IMG/VR virus record: IMGVR_UViG_3300001598_000040
Coordinates: 20,217 to 84,216 of that record
From: a virus
Lineage: Duplodnaviria; Caudoviricetes
Reading direction: 5' to 3' (one strand)
Length of the DNA stretch: 64,000 bases
Program-made: the position numbers and the translations under genes
Part shown: one piece after another, positions 47,100 through 57,094 of the stretch
Position numbering within the stretch: the stretch's first letter is position 1
Layout: each line of letters starts with the position of its first letter
The notes under the pieces: generated by a model
Told to the model about the DNA's origin: nothing
Databases searched by the model: none
The model's input: only the letters and a program-made list of their open reading frames with translations

Positions 47100-48650
47100 A
47101 TGGAAGATAACGATATAAAAAGTATTCTACCTAAAAGAGAACATTTAGACTTTAAGAAAATTAAAGTAGATGGAAGAACTTTGGATGATGTCAGCTTAAA
47201 TATAAGAACTATCTATGAACGAGTAAATAGACTTAAGGCTGACAAGAAAAGAATTGTTCAATGTTTAGGAGATAAGAATATTCCTTCTCTTAGAGCTATA
47301 TCTGAATTTTATTATGACACAGACAGTCTTTATAGACACGCAGTAGATTTTTTAGCAACCTTATTTAGATTTGATTATTTTGTTTTTCCTAATATAAAAG
47401 AAGAAGAGAAAAAGAATTTAAATAAAGATAAGCTATTGAAAGATTTTTTTAAGATACTTAACATTCTTGATGAGTCAAATATTAAAGATAAATTGGTTAG
47501 AATTACAACTGAAGTATTAAAAAATGGAAGCTATTATGGTTATATTATCCCAGATAATAAAAATTGCATTGTTCTCCAAGATCTTCCACATAAATACTGT
47601 CGTTCGCGCTATAACTATAACGCACGTCCAGCTGTTGAATTCAATCTTAAATATTTTGATGAAAATTTTAGTGATTTTAATTACAGAATGAGAGTTCTTA
47701 AATCAATGCCTGAAGATTTTCAAAAGGGTTATATACTCTGGAAAAAAGGCAAACTTCCGCCTGATCGCGCTGGCGCAGGTATAGGATGGTATTTATTAGA
47801 TCCAGAATATGCAGTAAAGTTTAATTTAGACAATACTGATATTCCATATTTAGTAGATGCCATTCCAGATATACTAGATTTACATGAAGCGCAAGAGGTG
47901 GATAAGAAGAAAGCTCTTCAGCAGCTTATGAAAATCATTATACAAAAATTACCTATTGATAAAAACGGTGAATTAGTATTTGATTTAGACGAAGCTAGAG
48001 ATTTGCATTCCAATGCGTGTGCTATGCTTAAAAATACATTTGGAGCTAATGTCTTAACAACATTTGCGGACATAGCTGTTGAGGATTTATCAGACTCTAG
48101 TGCTGAATCCCGCGATGAGAATTTAAGAAATAGTGAAAGAACAGTTTTTGATTCTCTTGGTATTTCTCAAAGTATTTTTAATGCAGAGGGAAATTTATCT
48201 TTAGATAAATCTATAACTCACAATGTAAATATAATGCGAACTTTATTAATTCAATATCAATGGTTTTTGAAATTAGCATTAAAGAAAATAGTATCTAGTA
48301 AATATAATTATGAAGTTAAGATATTGGAAACGACAAGTTATAATTATCTTGATCTATCTAAACTTTATAAAGAACAAATACAGTATGGTTATCCTAAGCT
48401 ATATCCGCAAATAGCATTAGGTCATACACAAAAAGAATTATTATCAGAATTGTATTTTGAAAAAGAAGTTTTAGGAATTAATGAAATTCTTACACCCGCA
48501 GCTTCAAGTAATACTATGTCTGGTAAAGATTTAAATAGCTCTAAGAATAATCCTAATGCGCCTAAAGAAGAAAAACAGGCTGGGAGAAAAGAATTACCTG
48601 ATGATCAAAAATCAGATAAGACAATAAAAAATATTGAAAGCAGTAGTTAA
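47100..48650 (+). CDS. portal protein
   Basis: 516 aa, located after terL and before protease/capsid; helical character. Confidence 0.75.
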   Translation: MEDNDIKSILPKREHLDFKKIKVDGRTLDDVSLNIRTIYERVNRLKADKKRIVQCLGDKNIPSLRAISEFYYDTDSLYRHAVDFLATLFRFDYFVFPNIKEEEKKNLNKDKLLKDFFKILNILDESNIKDKLVRITTEVLKNGSYYGYIIPDNKNCIVLQDLPHKYCRSRYNYNARPAVEFNLKYFDENFSDFNYRMRVLKSMPEDFQKGYILWKKGKLPPDRAGAGIGWYLLDPEYAVKFNLDNTDIPYLVDAIPDILDLHEAQEVDKKKALQQLMKIIIQKLPIDKNGELVFDLDEARDLHSNACAMLKNTFGANVLTTFADIAVEDLSDSSAESRDENLRNSERTVFDSLGISQSIFNAEGNLSLDKSITHNVNIMRTLLIQYQWFLKLALKKIVSSKYNYEVKILETTSYNYLDLSKLYKEQIQYGYPKLYPQIALGHTQKELLSELYFEKEVLGINEILTPAASSNTMSGKDLNSSKNNPNAPKEEKQAGRKELPDDQKSDKTIKNIESSS

Positions 48651-48661
48651 GGAGAATAAAA

Positions 48662-49969
48662 ATGAATACTAGTACAAGAGTTCCTGGAACTGTAGAATTT
48701 ATTAATATCACTCCTGTAAATCCGCTAATATCTAAATGTTTAATAAAAGTATGCTATGTTGGTGATGAACCTAATAGAAATAGAAGTATTATTACTAAAG
48801 AAGTAGCTAAACAAATTGCGCAATCTCTGCCTGGAAGTCCAATAGTAGGACACTTTAGTAAAGAAAAAAAAGATTTTGAGGAACATAATAGAATTATCAC
48901 AATAAAAAATGGACAAATAGAATTCACTACCGATACTGTTCCTTATGGTTTTGTTGATATGAATGCTAAAGTATTTTTTGAAAAATATGATGATAATGGT
49001 ACTGAGCATGAATATTTGGTTACTGAAGGATATATTTGGACAGGTCAATTTCCAGAGGCTGAAGCTATTATAAAAGAGGGTAGACCGCAGTCTTTGGAGT
49101 TTGATGATTCCGAAGAAACTTTAGACGCTGTTTGGACAAAAGATGAATATAATCGTAATCAATTTTATATTATCAATGAAGCAGTAATATCTAAACTATG
49201 TATATTAGGTGATGGTGTTGAACCTTGTTTTGAAGGCGCATCAATTACAGCTTTTACTCTTGGAGAAGAGTTTAAAAATACTGTTTATGAACTAATTGCG
49301 AAAATGCAGAAAATGATAGAAGGAGGACAGGAAATGGAAGAGATTAAAAAAGAAGATCTTGAATTTGCGTGTGGCGGTGCAGAAGGCGAAAAGAAAGCTG
49401 AAGACCCCGCAGTTAAAAAAGAAAATCCTGAAGAGTCAAAAAAAGATGGCAAATGCCCTGAAGAGTCAAAAAAAGATGGTAAATGCTCCGAAGGAGATTG
49501 TTCTGATAAAAAAGATCCAAAAGATAATGCGTGCGGCGCTAAAAAATATAATTTAGAAGAAGTCGTAGAATATACTGAACTATTAGAAAAATATAATACA
49601 TTAGAAAAAGAATTAAATGATTTGAAAAGTGATTATACTAAACTTGAAAGTTCAAATCAACAACTTACAGAGTTTAAACTTTCTATAGAAAGAGAGCAAA
49701 AGAATGATTTAATTAAAGATTTTTATATGTTAGAAGATGCTGATAAGAAAGATGTTCTTGATAACATTGATACATATTCTTATGATGAAATTAAATCTAA
49801 ATTATGTGTAGTATGTTTTGAAAAGAAAGTTGATTTTTCACCAAAGAAAGATGATAATGAACCAGATGGATTAACATATTCACTCGTAAATCCGCAAGAT
49901 AATATAACTACAGATGTTCCTGAATGGCTACAGGCTGTAGAGAGTTATAAAAACAATAAAGATAATTAA
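48662..49969 (+). CDS. prohead protease/scaffold
   Basis: NRNRS, SLPGSPIVGHF, QSLE, LCILG...PCFEGA; coiled-coil C-terminal half. Confidence 0.75.
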   Translation: MNTSTRVPGTVEFINITPVNPLISKCLIKVCYVGDEPNRNRSIITKEVAKQIAQSLPGSPIVGHFSKEKKDFEEHNRIITIKNGQIEFTTDTVPYGFVDMNAKVFFEKYDDNGTEHEYLVTEGYIWTGQFPEAEAIIKEGRPQSLEFDDSEETLDAVWTKDEYNRNQFYIINEAVISKLCILGDGVEPCFEGASITAFTLGEEFKNTVYELIAKMQKMIEGGQEMEEIKKEDLEFACGGAEGEKKAEDPAVKKENPEESKKDGKCPEESKKDGKCSEGDCSDKKDPKDNACGAKKYNLEEVVEYTELLEKYNTLEKELNDLKSDYTKLESSNQQLTEFKLSIEREQKNDLIKDFYMLEDADKKDVLDNIDTYSYDEIKSKLCVVCFEKKVDFSPKKDDNEPDGLTYSLVNPQDNITTDVPEWLQAVESYKNNKDN

Positions 49970-49983
49970 GGAGGAAATAAATA

Positions 49984-50541
49984 ATGGCTAATAATAATAT
50001 TAGAGGACAATATCATGGTCAAGTAGAACCTAATAGACTTAGCGGTCAAAAAGGTGGAATGCTTCCAGCTCAATATCCATATACTGAGTCTGCTACAACT
50101 CTTGATAATGGACATTTTTGTGTTCTTACTCCTAACAGTTCAACTGGAGCTATTGAAGTAAAGAATGCAACTAATGCAGATAAAAATGCTATGTTAGTAT
50201 TTAATGAAGTAAAAGTATATGATGAAAGAGAAACTGCAAAAGATTTCTGTCTTGATAAAGGAAAATCAATTGATGGTAAAATTTATCCAAGACTTATTCC
50301 AGTTGCAGTAGGCGATGAATTTACAACAACTTATGCTGAAGATAATAATGGTACAGCTCTTGAAGTTAATGATTATTTGAAAATTGAGGCTGGTGTTCCT
50401 ACTTATGTCGCTTCGGCTTCTAAAGGTAGTGTTACAGGTATCTTACTTCAAGTTGTAAGTAAAGAAACAAATTATCCTGGTATTAACTATGTAGTAGGAG
50501 ATACAGGTAATTACGCAGTTAAAGTTCTGCGTGTACAATAA
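49984..50541 (+). CDS. capsid decoration/stabilising protein
   Basis: Between scaffold and major capsid genes; beta-rich. Confidence 0.55.
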   Translation: MANNNIRGQYHGQVEPNRLSGQKGGMLPAQYPYTESATTLDNGHFCVLTPNSSTGAIEVKNATNADKNAMLVFNEVKVYDERETAKDFCLDKGKSIDGKIYPRLIPVAVGDEFTTTYAEDNNGTALEVNDYLKIEAGVPTYVASASKGSVTGILLQVVSKETNYPGINYVVGDTGNYAVKVLRVQ

Positions 50542-50563
50542 TTAGAAAGGAGAAAATAAGATA

Positions 50564-51847
50564 ATGGATTACAAAGAACTAAGAAATTTATCAATTGCTT
50601 TAGCTAAAGCCGATAGAATCAATCCTACAGCTTATAGCTTTGATAATAAAAATTATTCATATGATGATCTTCAGAATACATTAAGACAAGAGCTTAATAA
50701 TATTGCTGGTGATTTCTATGCTTTCGAGCAAAATAAAACTACTATCTATAGACTTATCGCTGAGACAGTAGATGAAATTTTCCCTAAGAAAGTTATGGCA
50801 AGATATATGGACTTTGCTGAAGTAAGAACAGTTCCGCAAGGTGAGGAAGTTTACTTTACTCGTAAGGCTGGTAAAGATAGAGCTAAGAAACAGTTTATTA
50901 CTAAAGTAGGTCTTGCAGGTTTATATGAAACATTTAGACTTGGTAAAGAAAAGTTTAGAGTTGAAATGAGTGCTATCGGTGGAAGTGCACAAATCGGTTT
51001 GGAAGAGTGGCTTGATGGTAACGTAGATTTCAATGATCTTATGGAAGTTCTTATGGAGGGTATGGATGAGAGAATTTACGAAGAGGTTTGTAAAGCACTT
51101 GAATCTTTAGCTTCTATTACTGTTAGTGGCGGTGCTATTACTGGAGCTTCTTTTGATGGTACAAAAGGTAAAAATGGTACAAGAAATAAGGCTATTACAG
51201 CTCCTGGTTTCCATGAAGCTAAATTTGATAATGGTCTTCAATTAGCAGATGCTTATGGAAATGGTTCACCTTCTACAATTTATTGTACATATGAGTTTGC
51301 GGCTAAAATGCTTCCAACAGATGGTTCTTGGGCTTCTGAGGCTATGAAGAATGCTAAGTGGACAACAGGTTATCTTGGGAACTACAAAGGTCATAAAGTT
51401 GTAATTCTTCCTCAATCATATGATTATAATAATAGCGTAAAGAAAATCAATCCTGGATATGTTTATATTATTCCTGGATCAGACAAACCTATCAAATTAG
51501 CTTTTGAAGGCGCTACAATCATTGATGAGTTTAAGAATACTGATAGATCAAGAGAAGTACAAATGTACAAGAAATTTGGTATGTGTGTAATCACAAATCC
51601 AGGTATGGTAATCTATCTTGATAGTACATTATTTAATCCAACAACTGAAGATTGGAATATGTCTTGGGACGGCACAAGTGCTGTTAACTATTCAGCATTT
51701 AAAGTTGAAGTTACTAATACTTCAGTTCCTGTTACAGCTACACCTGCTGCAGGTGCAAAATTTGCTTTAGCAGATAATGCAGAAGTAAAAGTTAAGGGTG
51801 GAAACACAGCGGCTGTTTATACAACAACTACTGCTCCATCGGCTTAA
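50564..51847 (+). CDS. major capsid protein
   Basis: 427 aa, expected position, high-expression codon bias, followed by a terminator. Confidence 0.85.
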   Translation: MDYKELRNLSIALAKADRINPTAYSFDNKNYSYDDLQNTLRQELNNIAGDFYAFEQNKTTIYRLIAETVDEIFPKKVMARYMDFAEVRTVPQGEEVYFTRKAGKDRAKKQFITKVGLAGLYETFRLGKEKFRVEMSAIGGSAQIGLEEWLDGNVDFNDLMEVLMEGMDERIYEEVCKALESLASITVSGGAITGASFDGTKGKNGTRNKAITAPGFHEAKFDNGLQLADAYGNGSPSTIYCTYEFAAKMLPTDGSWASEAMKNAKWTTGYLGNYKGHKVVILPQSYDYNNSVKKINPGYVYIIPGSDKPIKLAFEGATIIDEFKNTDRSREVQMYKKFGMCVITNPGMVIYLDSTLFNPTTEDWNMSWDGTSAVNYSAFKVEVTNTSVPVTATPAAGAKFALADNAEVKVKGGNTAAVYTTTTAPSA

Positions 51848-51859
51848 TTGATTAATATA

Positions 51860-51883
51860 AGAGAGGGAGTAATCTCCCTCTCT
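51860..51883 (+). terminator. intrinsic terminator after the capsid gene
   Basis: agagagggag-taat-ctccctctct. Confidence 0.75.
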
Positions 51884-51915
51884 AATAAAACAATGGAGAA
51901 AAAGGAGTTATAAAA

Positions 51916-52422
51916 ATGAATACAGTACAAATTAAAAATCGTTCAAATAATATCTGCGTATTAGAAGTACCCGATATGAATTTATCTAGAACTTTTCAAC
52001 CTAGAGGTGTTCAAGATATTGATTTAAAAGATTTAGAACAATTTATGAGATATGAGCCTTCATTAAAAATTATTTTAAATTATTTTATTATTCTTAATAA
52101 AGAATTTGCTCAAAATCTATTACCTACAATAGCAACTGAACCAGAATATTGGATGGAAGATGAAGATATTATAAAGTTATTAAAAGAAGGATCGACAGAA
52201 GAATTGTTAGATTTCTTTGATTTTGCACCTTTAGGCGCGATTGATATTCTAAAAACATATTCTGTTGCTTTGCCTGTTACAGATCTTAGTAAAATAGAAA
52301 TTATCAAAGAAAAAACAGGTCTTAATATTTTACGAGCTATTGAACTTGAAAAGGAATTAATTGAGGAAGAAAATGTAGAAGATTCAATATCTCAAGGCAG
52401 AAAACGCAGAGTCCAAAAATAA
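51916..52422 (+). CDS. virion morphogenesis hypothetical protein
   Basis: Position in the structural operon. Confidence 0.5.
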   Translation: MNTVQIKNRSNNICVLEVPDMNLSRTFQPRGVQDIDLKDLEQFMRYEPSLKIILNYFIILNKEFAQNLLPTIATEPEYWMEDEDIIKLLKEGSTEELLDFFDFAPLGAIDILKTYSVALPVTDLSKIEIIKEKTGLNILRAIELEKELIEEENVEDSISQGRKRRVQK

Positions 52423-52434
52423 AGGAGTGATATA

Positions 52435-52920
52435 ATGCCTACTCCATTTCAAAATATATATGAAATGTTTTTTGATAAAATAACAGATGATTTATATTTA
52501 GAATTAACGGAAATTGATACTAAAGAAGATTGTCACAGAATGCTTGTAAATGCTATACCTAAATTTGAATTTCCTAAACAAAGTTTGTCTTATGTAGTTA
52601 GTTTCACTCCTGGATATGATGATGTTGATAATTCTTATTTTAATAATACATTAACTATGGATGAAAAAAATATTTTAGCTACTTTAATGGTATTAGAGTG
52701 GCTACAAAGACAAATTAATTCAATTGAAAATACTGCGCAGAAGTTTTATGGAAATGGATTCAAATTAACATCCCAAGCGGCGCATTTAAATAAACTATTA
52801 GCTCTCAAAGAGAGTGTCAAACAAGATGCAAAATACCTTCAAAGATTATATAAAAGGAGAAACATAAAAGCAGATGGGCAAATAGCTTCATCTTGGTCTA
52901 TGTTTAATACTTATAACTAA
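52435..52920 (+). CDS. head-tail adaptor
   Basis: Helical 161-aa protein at the neck position; SQAAHL motif. Confidence 0.6.
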   Translation: MPTPFQNIYEMFFDKITDDLYLELTEIDTKEDCHRMLVNAIPKFEFPKQSLSYVVSFTPGYDDVDNSYFNNTLTMDEKNILATLMVLEWLQRQINSIENTAQKFYGNGFKLTSQAAHLNKLLALKESVKQDAKYLQRLYKRRNIKADGQIASSWSMFNTYN

Positions 52921-53225
52921 TGAAAACTAAATATGAAGATTTAAATTTTAATATTTTAACTATTCATAGAGATATAAAAAGATTGACCAATCAACTATGG
53001 AAATTAATACCAATGAGGGAAAATAATGAAAATTGGAAAACACAATTAACTATGGTATTAATAGAGATGAAAGGATTACAAGAATTATTTGAAAATAGAT
53101 TAAATTTTTTAATAATCATTTCACAACTTGAAGGATTATTAAATATCGAATGTGATTTTATTAATTATAGAAGATCTATATTTAATTCTATACATTTATT
53201 AAATGAGGTGTTGCCTAATGAATAA
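52920..53225 (+). CDS. structural-module hypothetical protein
   Basis: Overlapping stop/start with neighbours. Confidence 0.55.
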   Translation: MKTKYEDLNFNILTIHRDIKRLTNQLWKLIPMRENNENWKTQLTMVLIEMKGLQELFENRLNFLIIISQLEGLLNIECDFINYRRSIFNSIHLLNEVLPNE

Positions 53226-54453
53226 AAAACACTCAATAAATCCTGAATATAAAGATGAAACTTTAGAAGAGATTGCGGGTTCTAATGCTCCAATTCATAG
53301 TGAAAATTTAGCATCTACTAAAAAATATTGGATTCTAGATAGTGAAGGAAATGTTCAACCTTTATTAAATAATCACGATGAGCAATATGCTTCGACCGCA
53401 GGTGAAGATTTCACTGTAGAAAGTGTTATTAGTGAAAACTCTCCTATTCATCAAACATTTCAAATATCTAAAAGAAAATATTGGGTTTATGATGATAATG
53501 GAGAACTTCAACCTTTATTAAACACAGATGAAGAACAATATACTTCTGAAGAAGATGAAGATTTTTCTATTTATAAAAAAAGAGTAAGTGCTAAAAGAGA
53601 AACTGCTCAATCATATTTAATCAAGCGCAAGAAGAAGACATTAAAAGATGCAATATTACATTCTTACTATGGCGCAAATATTAAAATAATGCCTGATACA
53701 ACAACTATAGATAGAATACTAATAGTTCCAAAAAGAGAAAATTATGAAGATTTTAGTACAGAAAAAATTATAGATGCATTCTTTACTTCAGGCTTATCCG
53801 TAGGTTCTGTTATCTTTTGGATTGCTACTAATAGTTATTGGTTAATATATCAACAAAATGAAAATGAATTAGCATTTTTTGAAGGTTATGCGAAACAATG
53901 TAAAAACTATACTATCTCAAGTGCAGTAGGTTCACATTCAACATATGCCGCGATTTCTATGATAGAAGATGCAAAAAATGATATGTTTGATGAAACTTTG
54001 TTAAATAGAGATACTTCAATATTAGAAATATATATACCAGATAATAGTAACAATAGACAATATTTTGCTATGAATAAAAAACTAAAAATAGATGGTGAAA
54101 TTTGGAGAGTACGTTCTGTAAATCATTTTTCTACTACTGGTATTATAAAAATTAAATGTATTAGAAGCTATGATATGACTTCTGAACAGATAGTAGAATT
54201 AAATCCAACTCCTTCTACCAATGATAATACTTTAATAGAAGGATCTAATGAGATTGTACCACTTCGTACATATACATATAAATATAAAGGAACAGAAAAT
54301 TCAAACTGGACAATTTCGTCAAATAATTATATTGAAAAAAATATTAATAATAGAGGAGAATTAGAAATTACATATACTAATTCTAGAAAAAGACAGAATT
54401 TTACTATTACATATGGTTCTGCAAGTAAAAATATAATAGTAAAATCTTTATAA
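53218..54453 (+). CDS. head closure/neck protein with a duplicated N-terminal repeat
   Basis: Start MNKKH; two ~50-aa repeats; C-terminal Ig-like segment. Confidence 0.5.
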   Translation: MNKKHSINPEYKDETLEEIAGSNAPIHSENLASTKKYWILDSEGNVQPLLNNHDEQYASTAGEDFTVESVISENSPIHQTFQISKRKYWVYDDNGELQPLLNTDEEQYTSEEDEDFSIYKKRVSAKRETAQSYLIKRKKKTLKDAILHSYYGANIKIMPDTTTIDRILIVPKRENYEDFSTEKIIDAFFTSGLSVGSVIFWIATNSYWLIYQQNENELAFFEGYAKQCKNYTISSAVGSHSTYAAISMIEDAKNDMFDETLLNRDTSILEIYIPDNSNNRQYFAMNKKLKIDGEIWRVRSVNHFSTTGIIKIKCIRSYDMTSEQIVELNPTPSTNDNTLIEGSNEIVPLRTYTYKYKGTENSNWTISSNNYIEKNINNRGELEITYTNSRKRQNFTITYGSASKNIIVKSL

Positions 54454-54474
54454 TGGAGAAAAAGGAGTGAGAAT

Positions 54475-54999
54475 ATGCCAAGACAAATTATTGATTTATG
54501 GGCAGTACCTAGTTTTATGAATGTAGAAAAAGATTTAGGTATTATATTAGAACGAATAGCTCAATGTCAAGATTTATTAAAATTACTTATTCTAAAAGAA
54601 AAATCAACAAATCCTTTAACTGACGATGAAAAAGCAAAGGCTCTTAGTAATGTAAGAATTGTTCCTAGTATAGAAAATTTAAATACTTCATCTGATTCTT
54701 ATATAGTCGTAGTATTTGATAACTTTATGCCTAATGGAACAAATAGTGAACATTTAAATAAAACTTTACATTTTAATATTATTTGTAATATGGATACTTG
54801 GGATATGGGTGATTGTAAATTAAGACCATATAAAATTGCGGGCTATTTAAATATGCTATTTGATCGAAAAAGTTTAGATGGTACATATAATATTAATTTT
54901 ATGAATGCTAGTAATCTAATTATAGATCAAGAAATAGCGGGTTTGATGTTAAATTATGATGTTATATATTCTAGAGGATCTGATACTTATGATGAGTAA
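54475..54999 (+). CDS. tail completion/terminator-like protein
   Basis: Position before the major tail gene; RPYKIA motif. Confidence 0.5.
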   Translation: MPRQIIDLWAVPSFMNVEKDLGIILERIAQCQDLLKLLILKEKSTNPLTDDEKAKALSNVRIVPSIENLNTSSDSYIVVVFDNFMPNGTNSEHLNKTLHFNIICNMDTWDMGDCKLRPYKIAGYLNMLFDRKSLDGTYNINFMNASNLIIDQEIAGLMLNYDVIYSRGSDTYDE

Positions 55000-55013
55000 G
55001 GTTATAGAATATA

Positions 55014-55757
55014 ATGAATAATTTAGCAGGAATTGCGCAATGTGATTATGATTTTTGCGGCGTAACATTTCATCAACCCACTATAAAAGAAATAGCCAGA
55101 CTCATTCCAAATGAAGATACTCTATTATTTATTTTAAAACTTTTTACTATTGATTTAATTTCTCTTTTACCAAAAGAAATTATAAATACTGAAGATGTAA
55201 CTGAATTTAAAGTATTTATTTTTTTATTAACGAATGATACTCAATTTTTAGGAAAAAATAAGAAAAAAGGTTTGTTAAATTTCTTTAAATTAGTATTTCC
55301 TAATACTGATATCACTATTGGTGAAAACGAGATAGTTATTTCTAACGAGGAAGAAAATCAAATATGTATTATGGATGATAAAGTTTTTGATAGATTTAAA
55401 AAATTAATATATAAGTTTTTTAAATTAGATATATTATTTAATAATGGTGAAGAAGAATTTAAACCTGCGAATGCGCAAGTTGCTGCAATTATAGAAAAAA
55501 TTAAAAAGGGAAGACAAAAGATTGCAGAACAAAAAGGAGCAAAAGAAAGAACATTGCCATTATTAGATAATTATATTTCGATTCTTTCTGTTGGATTAAA
55601 ACTTAGTCCTGCGGAATTATCGAATTTAACTATGTATAATATCCTTTCCGATTTTAAGCGTTTCCAAATGAATGAGGAATGGGATATAGATATAAAATGT
55701 CGTCTTGCGGGAGGCGATCCAAAAGAGCATCCAGAATATTGGATGACTATGATTTAA
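55014..55757 (+). CDS. tail-module protein (possible chaperone)
   Basis: Position; AGGD C-terminal motif. Confidence 0.45.
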   Translation: MNNLAGIAQCDYDFCGVTFHQPTIKEIARLIPNEDTLLFILKLFTIDLISLLPKEIINTEDVTEFKVFIFLLTNDTQFLGKNKKKGLLNFFKLVFPNTDITIGENEIVISNEEENQICIMDDKVFDRFKKLIYKFFKLDILFNNGEEEFKPANAQVAAIIEKIKKGRQKIAEQKGAKERTLPLLDNYISILSVGLKLSPAELSNLTMYNILSDFKRFQMNEEWDIDIKCRLAGGDPKEHPEYWMTMI

Positions 55758-55777
55758 AATTAAGGAGGAAAATAATA

Positions 55778-57028
55778 ATGCTATATGGTGTTAGAGAAAT
55801 ATGTGACGTATTTTTTAAAGCAAATTCAGATAGACAAATTGGTGGTAAAACCTTTTCAAAAGGAGATATAGTATGTCACTTTGATACTTTAAAAACTTCA
55901 ACGCTTGAAGGTAGCTCTACAGTTGTATACGCGCAGGGTGGAAAAGGTAATCCAAGACTAGTAACTTGGGAAGGTGAGCGTGTCGTAACATTTACTATGG
56001 AAGATGCGTTAATTTCTCCTATTGGTATTGGTATTTTAACCGGTGCTACAGGTAATGTAGGAAATATTACTACAGATACCGTTGGAGGTTCAATTACTTG
56101 GGAGGCAGACGCAGATTTTGTATCATTTACAGGAGCAGGTGCTGAATTTAAAATAAAAACATTTGACCAGGGAGATAAAGTTACTGTAACCTTTAGAAAA
56201 GCAACTACTACTTCTTATGAAACTAAAGTTTTAGAAGCAACTGTTAATGAAGCTAAAAGTTCTGATTCATTGATTCTTAAGTTGAATTGGAATGATATAT
56301 TCGGAACTAAAACAACTGCACCAGACGTTAATTTAGAAGCATATGTTACTTATATAACAAGTGGTAGTTCAACAGCTTCAACTTATAGACATATTACAGT
56401 AAAAGCAAAAGGAGTTAATGGTAACGTTTTTACTTGTAGTAAAAACGATATCATGGGTATTGAGTCTGGAACGATATCTATTGATTCTGAAAAAGGACTT
56501 GATTTTCAATATGGTAAGTATGATACCTATGGAGATATAACTTCATTTACTAAAATAAATACTGGTTTTGGAGGAAGTGTTACTGTTGGTGAAGAAACAG
56601 TTAACATATCTGTTTCAGGGGCAACTCCAACTGAGGGCGGAAATTATTTATTAAGTTTCTATATGGCTGCCAATCCGTCATTAAAAGAATTTAATATTGA
56701 ACCTGGTGAATTCGGTGGCAACTTCTATATTGAAGGACAAACTTATTTCAGAGGTAAAAATGGTATAGATTATCCAGCAGAGTTTATTATTCCTAATGGT
56801 AAAGTTCAATCTAATTTCACATTTACAATGGCTAGTTCTGGTGATCCTTCAACATTTACATTTACAGTAGATGCTCTTGAGGGATATCTACCATGGAATA
56901 CAAGTAAAAAAATTAATGCTACCATTCAGGTATATGATAATAGTGATACTAGCACAAATATAAATGCTTCAAGTTCTTACAATTTAACAAATGGCAATAG
57001 CTATTTTGATGAAGATTTAGAAGATTAA
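55778..57028 (+). CDS. major tail protein with central beta-rich insertion
   Basis: RBS AAGGAGG before ATG 55778; YGVREICDV..AQGGKGNPRL.., GDPSTFTFT; terminator downstream. Confidence 0.75.
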   Translation: MLYGVREICDVFFKANSDRQIGGKTFSKGDIVCHFDTLKTSTLEGSSTVVYAQGGKGNPRLVTWEGERVVTFTMEDALISPIGIGILTGATGNVGNITTDTVGGSITWEADADFVSFTGAGAEFKIKTFDQGDKVTVTFRKATTTSYETKVLEATVNEAKSSDSLILKLNWNDIFGTKTTAPDVNLEAYVTYITSGSSTASTYRHITVKAKGVNGNVFTCSKNDIMGIESGTISIDSEKGLDFQYGKYDTYGDITSFTKINTGFGGSVTVGEETVNISVSGATPTEGGNYLLSFYMAANPSLKEFNIEPGEFGGNFYIEGQTYFRGKNGIDYPAEFIIPNGKVQSNFTFTMASSGDPSTFTFTVDALEGYLPWNTSKKINATIQVYDNSDTSTNINASSSYNLTNGNSYFDEDLED

Positions 57029-57038
57029 TTTATAAAAC

Positions 57039-57064
57039 ATAGAGAGGAATAAACTCCTCTCTAT
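57039..57064 (+). terminator. intrinsic terminator after the major tail gene
   Basis: atagagagga..tcctctctat followed by a T-run. Confidence 0.8.
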
Positions 57065-57094
57065 TTTTTTTTATCAAAAAGGAGTTGACGAAAT

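Noticed and set aside
49430-49495. 30-bp tandem duplication (EESKKDGKC x2) in the scaffold gene
   Set aside because: Ordinary low-complexity linker duplication
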